Assembly: GCF_009914755.1 (NCBI RefSeq)
Contig: NC_060925.1
Source: the human T2T-CHM13v2.0 reference genome, Homo sapiens
Reading direction: 5' to 3' (one strand)
DNA length: 64,000 bases
Every line of letters starts with the position of its first letter. The stretch's first letter is position 1. Below the pieces are notes generated by a model. It was not told the DNA's origin, made no database searches, and worked only from the letters and a program-made list of their open reading frames with translations. Below, one piece after another: positions 59,961-64,000 of the stretch. Both the position numbers and the translations under genes were made by a program.

Positions 59961-61650
59961 GTGTCTGCCTGTATGTATCTATATGCATTCACACTCACAC
60001 ACACCTGTGGCAGACTTAAAAGAAAATAGCATAACCACAGCATGTTTTATAATTGTTCTTGCAAATACTCTTCTAATCACTTGCACATTTTATAACAAAG
60101 ATTCTGTTTGCAAAGCAGGACTGCATCACAACTTACTTGAAGGTGAATGAGATTATATTCTATTACACCTGTGATTTTTACGGAGGCACAGTTTCCATTA
60201 TACATGCATAGTACCCAGCATGGTGCAAAAGCATGTAGGTATTCAATAATCATATTGACCAGATCCTTAGATGGGTGGATGATGGGTGGGCAGTTCAAAT
60301 CAGAAATCATTTTTGTTGTGGTTCTGTGACACACGGGAATGAGTCCTGGGTGATGCCTTCTGAGCTCATGGCACCATCTTTATGCACGTGCATGTCCCCC
60401 TTATGGCATCAGTGGGGCCCATGCATGTAGAAGTAGGCCAGCTGCCCAGTAAATCTCCCTCCTACTGCTAGACAGTAAAGGCAGGTCACTCTTCCCTGAC
60501 GTCAAGTTGCCCCTCTGGCTTTCTCCTCCGAAGTCAACTTGCCTTGGGGTTCTCTCTCCAGCAAACAGCTGCCACTGACAGAGTCAGAGGAAATGGTACA
60601 TAATAAGCAGTATAATAAATAGTCCATTGGACCTTCCATGTGGATCATTATCAAGTCATTTGTATCAGAATTAATATTTCATATAGCATAGTTATATGAG
60701 AACACTGAAAGAAACGGGCATGATTAATACATTCTGATGATATGGTACCAATTTTATATTATTCAGTAAAGTTAATTCTGTCTCTAAAGAAAGGCTCCTA
60801 CCATTTCAAGTTTAAAAAAGACTATCTATGATCGTGGTCTTTAGGATATAAAAGGTTGGCAACTACTGATGTAAAAAGAACCAAAGAATAAAAAGAATCC
60901 AAATGACAGCCATAATCAATATCTTCCCCAAGCGGAAACAAATTCTTTTTTCTTTTGTTTTTTTCAACATCAATTAAAGAGCATGCATCTGTCTTTTTTG
61001 ATACATTGCTAATTTAAAAAATAATTTTAGGCTGTGTAAGCAATACAACCACAGAGGATATGGGAATGAAAGAAAGTTCCATAATCACAACATCCTGACA
61101 CAATTATTTTATCACTTCATTTCCTTCGAGAGTTTATTTCCATCTGTATGTTCTGCATAGTTGCAAGCATGGTGCGTGTAACCTTTTCCTTTTTTTCTTT
61201 CCTTGTGTTGAAGATCCCGTTTTTATGAAGTGTAGTAGGTGCACCTAGTAACAACTGAAATGGTGTCGAAGAGCCTGCTTTGACGAGCAGCCGTCTTCCG
61301 CCTTCGCTCACCCACCTCTAGTCTCACACCCCATTGAAAACTTCTTAACTGTTTTGGTTATCAGTAGTTCTGCTAATTACTTCCGTAAGTCTAAGCAATA
61401 TGCTTATAACTTTATGTCTTTTTATTATGAACTAAATACATTAAAAGGTACAAATGTATGATGTAACCACCATCTAGTTGTATTAAATGCAAATATTTTG
61501 TTGTACGTTGCTTCCGTTTCTTAAGAAAAATATGTTGCAGATACATTTGAGCCTCTATCCCTACCTCCAGCCCCATCACTTTGTCTCTCCTCCCCCTCCT
61601 CAGAGTGACCTTACACTTGATGTTCATCTTTCCTAGGTATGCTCTTACAG

Positions 61651-62118
61651 TAGCAGTTGTCAAACATTTTGGTCTCAGAATCCCTTCACATTCTTAAAAA
61701 TTATTCAAGACCTTAACATTGTTTCTGTTAATGCTCATTATAACTATCGTTATTTACAGTGTTTGAAATAAAGGCTAAGACATTTTAGAAACATTCATTA
61801 ATTAATTTAAAATTATATTAAACTCATACACATTAGTATAAATAATATAAAAAGTAAATATATTTTCTAAAGTTAAAGAAGAGTAACATTGTTTTACATT
61901 GTGCAAATTTCTTTAACGTCTGGCATGCTCAAAGACAGTGGGATTCTCAGATCTGTTTCCACATTCAACTGTTGTGTTACATGTTATGCAGCCTATGGAA
62001 AACTCTGGTACACTCATGAGAATATAAGAGTAAAGGAAAAAAATTAGTATTATTATGAAAATAGTTTTGACCTCACAGAATCTCTGAAAAGGTCTCCAGG
62101 ACCATTTGAGAATGATAT
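61651..62118. mobile_element. hAT-Charlie element (MER119-like)
   Basis: cagttgtcaaacattttggtctcagaatcccttcacattcttaaaaattatt...aaaatagttttgacctc...ttgagaa. Confidence 0.65.
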
Positions 62119-62351
62119 TTTATGACATCAGTAGATAAATATAATTGTAAACTATGTAAAATTATTTTGCTGGTTTTCAAGTTCTGTTATGTAGTTTGTA
62201 TTATTCTATACATAGCATTATGAAATTTGCTTTATTTACTCAATATGGGTTTTTATATTTATAAACTTCCAACATGAGCTCAAATTACTTTCGCTTTGTA
62301 TGTTACATAATTATATCATGATATCATATTTTCCTAGTCTTTTTTTCATGG

Positions 62352-62785
62352 TGCTATGGTTTGCATACGCTTTGTCTCTCCCAAAACTTATGTTGAAATT
62401 TAGTTGCCAATGTAACAGTGTTGACAGGTAGAACCTTTACCAGGTAGGGCCTAATGGGAAGCTTTTATGTCCTGGTGGCTCCATCCTCATGAGTGGCTTG
62501 GTGACCTTCTCACGGTAGTGAGTTCTCACTCTCAAGAGACTGGAATAGTTCTCTTGGGAATGGATTAGTTTCTGCAAGATAGTGTTTGGCCTGTTTGCAT
62601 GTGTCCACTTTGCCTTTGACCTTCTTCCATGCCCTGCTCAAGCAGGAAAGCCCTTTCCAAAAGTCAGTGCCATGCCCTTGAACTTCCCAGCCTGCCAAAC
62701 TGTGAACCAAATAAACCTCTTTTCTTTATAAATTACCCAGCCTCAGGGATTCTGTTATAGCAACACAAAATGGGCTAGATTGATA
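62352..62785 (+). mobile_element. MaLR solo LTR (MST family)
   Basis: tgctatggtttg...aataaacctcttttctttataaattacccagcctcagg...atagcaacacaaaatgggcta. Confidence 0.88.
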
Positions 62786-63769
62786 CTTGAAATTTTGAAA
62801 GTTTTTCCCTGTTACTAACAAAGTTTTAAAGAATATTCTTGTCTTTGTCTACTCTCAAGATTTTGTAATAAATGGAGCTAGGTGGAAAATTGTCCTGTTG
62901 AAAGAAATATGTTCCTTTGACTTTTCTAGATATTGCCAAATTGCTGTGCAGAGTAGCCTTGCCAGTTTACACATCCACCAGATGTATGAGAATTCCTGCT
63001 GTTCTACAAGGTTGACATTTGTTACCATCAGATTTTCAATTTTTGGTCAATTTCAAGGGTATAAAATTATTCATTTTTATTGCTTCAATTTGCATTTCCT
63101 AGATTACCAATACATTTTTTAGTCATTAATGTTTCTTCATCACTGCATTTTCTGTGCATTTCCTTTGCCAATTTTTTCAGTTGGGTTATTTATCATAAAT
63201 ATGTCACAGCTCTTCGTAAGTTCTGATTTCCAATCCTGTGTTGATCATATGGGTGGTAGTTATCATATGTTTTTCTAAATGAAGCATTTACTTATTTAGG
63301 AGGCACCTAGAGAGTCAGAGCCCAGTCTCTGGAGGCCAACCGGTTGAGTTCAAATCCTGATTTGCAATTCTTTATATATTCTGAGTATTAAATCTATTGC
63401 CAGTTATCTGCATTGCAAAATCTTTACTCATGAGGAACCTTGAGTAAGTCTCCCTGTGCTTCAAGGTTGCTATGAGAGTTAAATTAATTAACATATATAA
63501 AGCATTTAAATAGCACCTGTCAGTAGAAGGGGTTTTGTATGTGTCTCCTATAGCTGAAGTGCTGGTTGCCTGCCTTCTAGAACTCATTCTCTCCCTCTCC
63601 AGACATAACCCATGTACTAAAAGGTGTATAACCTCATAGTTTATGTTTTCCTATATTTATCTTAGGGGTATATTTTTATAATGAAGTTTTCACAAATAGA
63701 ATCAGATTGTATTTACCATGCTTCAGCTTGTGTTTCTTAGTTAACATTTCCAATATAGTTTAAATCTTA

Positions 63770-64000
63770 TAATTATAGCTAATGTTTATGGAGAGCTTGC
63801 TATATGAAAGCTATGTGATCTTTATATAGCAATCATTTAATGTTCACAGTGGTGCTCTGAAGTAGGTGTATTACTCTGTATAGTCCTTGCTTTGCAGGTG
63901 AAGAAACTGAAGAACAGTAATCTTAAGTAACTTGCCTAAAGTCACACAGCTATGAAGTGCAAGAGCCAGCATTCTCAACCAGGCAGTCTAGCTCTAGAAC
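63770..64000 (-). mobile_element. MIR
   Basis: ttgcaggtgaagaaactgaag...taagtaacttgcctaaagtcacacagct...aggcagtctagctc. Confidence 0.8.

Overview
This is primate (human-like) non-coding genomic DNA, intergenic or deep intronic. It is dominated by interspersed repeats: Alu/FLAM/FRAM, L1PA/PB/M, L2, MIR, MaLR/ERVL/ERV1/HML-2 solo LTRs, and Tigger/hAT/mariner MITEs. No intact protein-coding gene, RNA gene or CRISPR array can be supported; most of the longer ORFs in the track are Alu-, L1- or LTR-derived and the rest look like chance ORFs. The only gene-derived feature is a degraded, intronless RAC1 copy on the minus strand (~44753-45849). It appears fused to a 1.5-kb L1 3' end, and the pair sits inside one 15-bp target-site duplication within a MaLR LTR, so it is a candidate mRNA-L1 template-switch chimera. 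The second theme is at least seven short-range, non-tandem locally templated duplications (26-690 bp, copies 0.7-2.9 kb apart). One of them is an inverted insertion with a fold-back hairpin. Repeat subfamily names and RAC1 comparisons come from recalled consensus sequences and were not checked by a database search.
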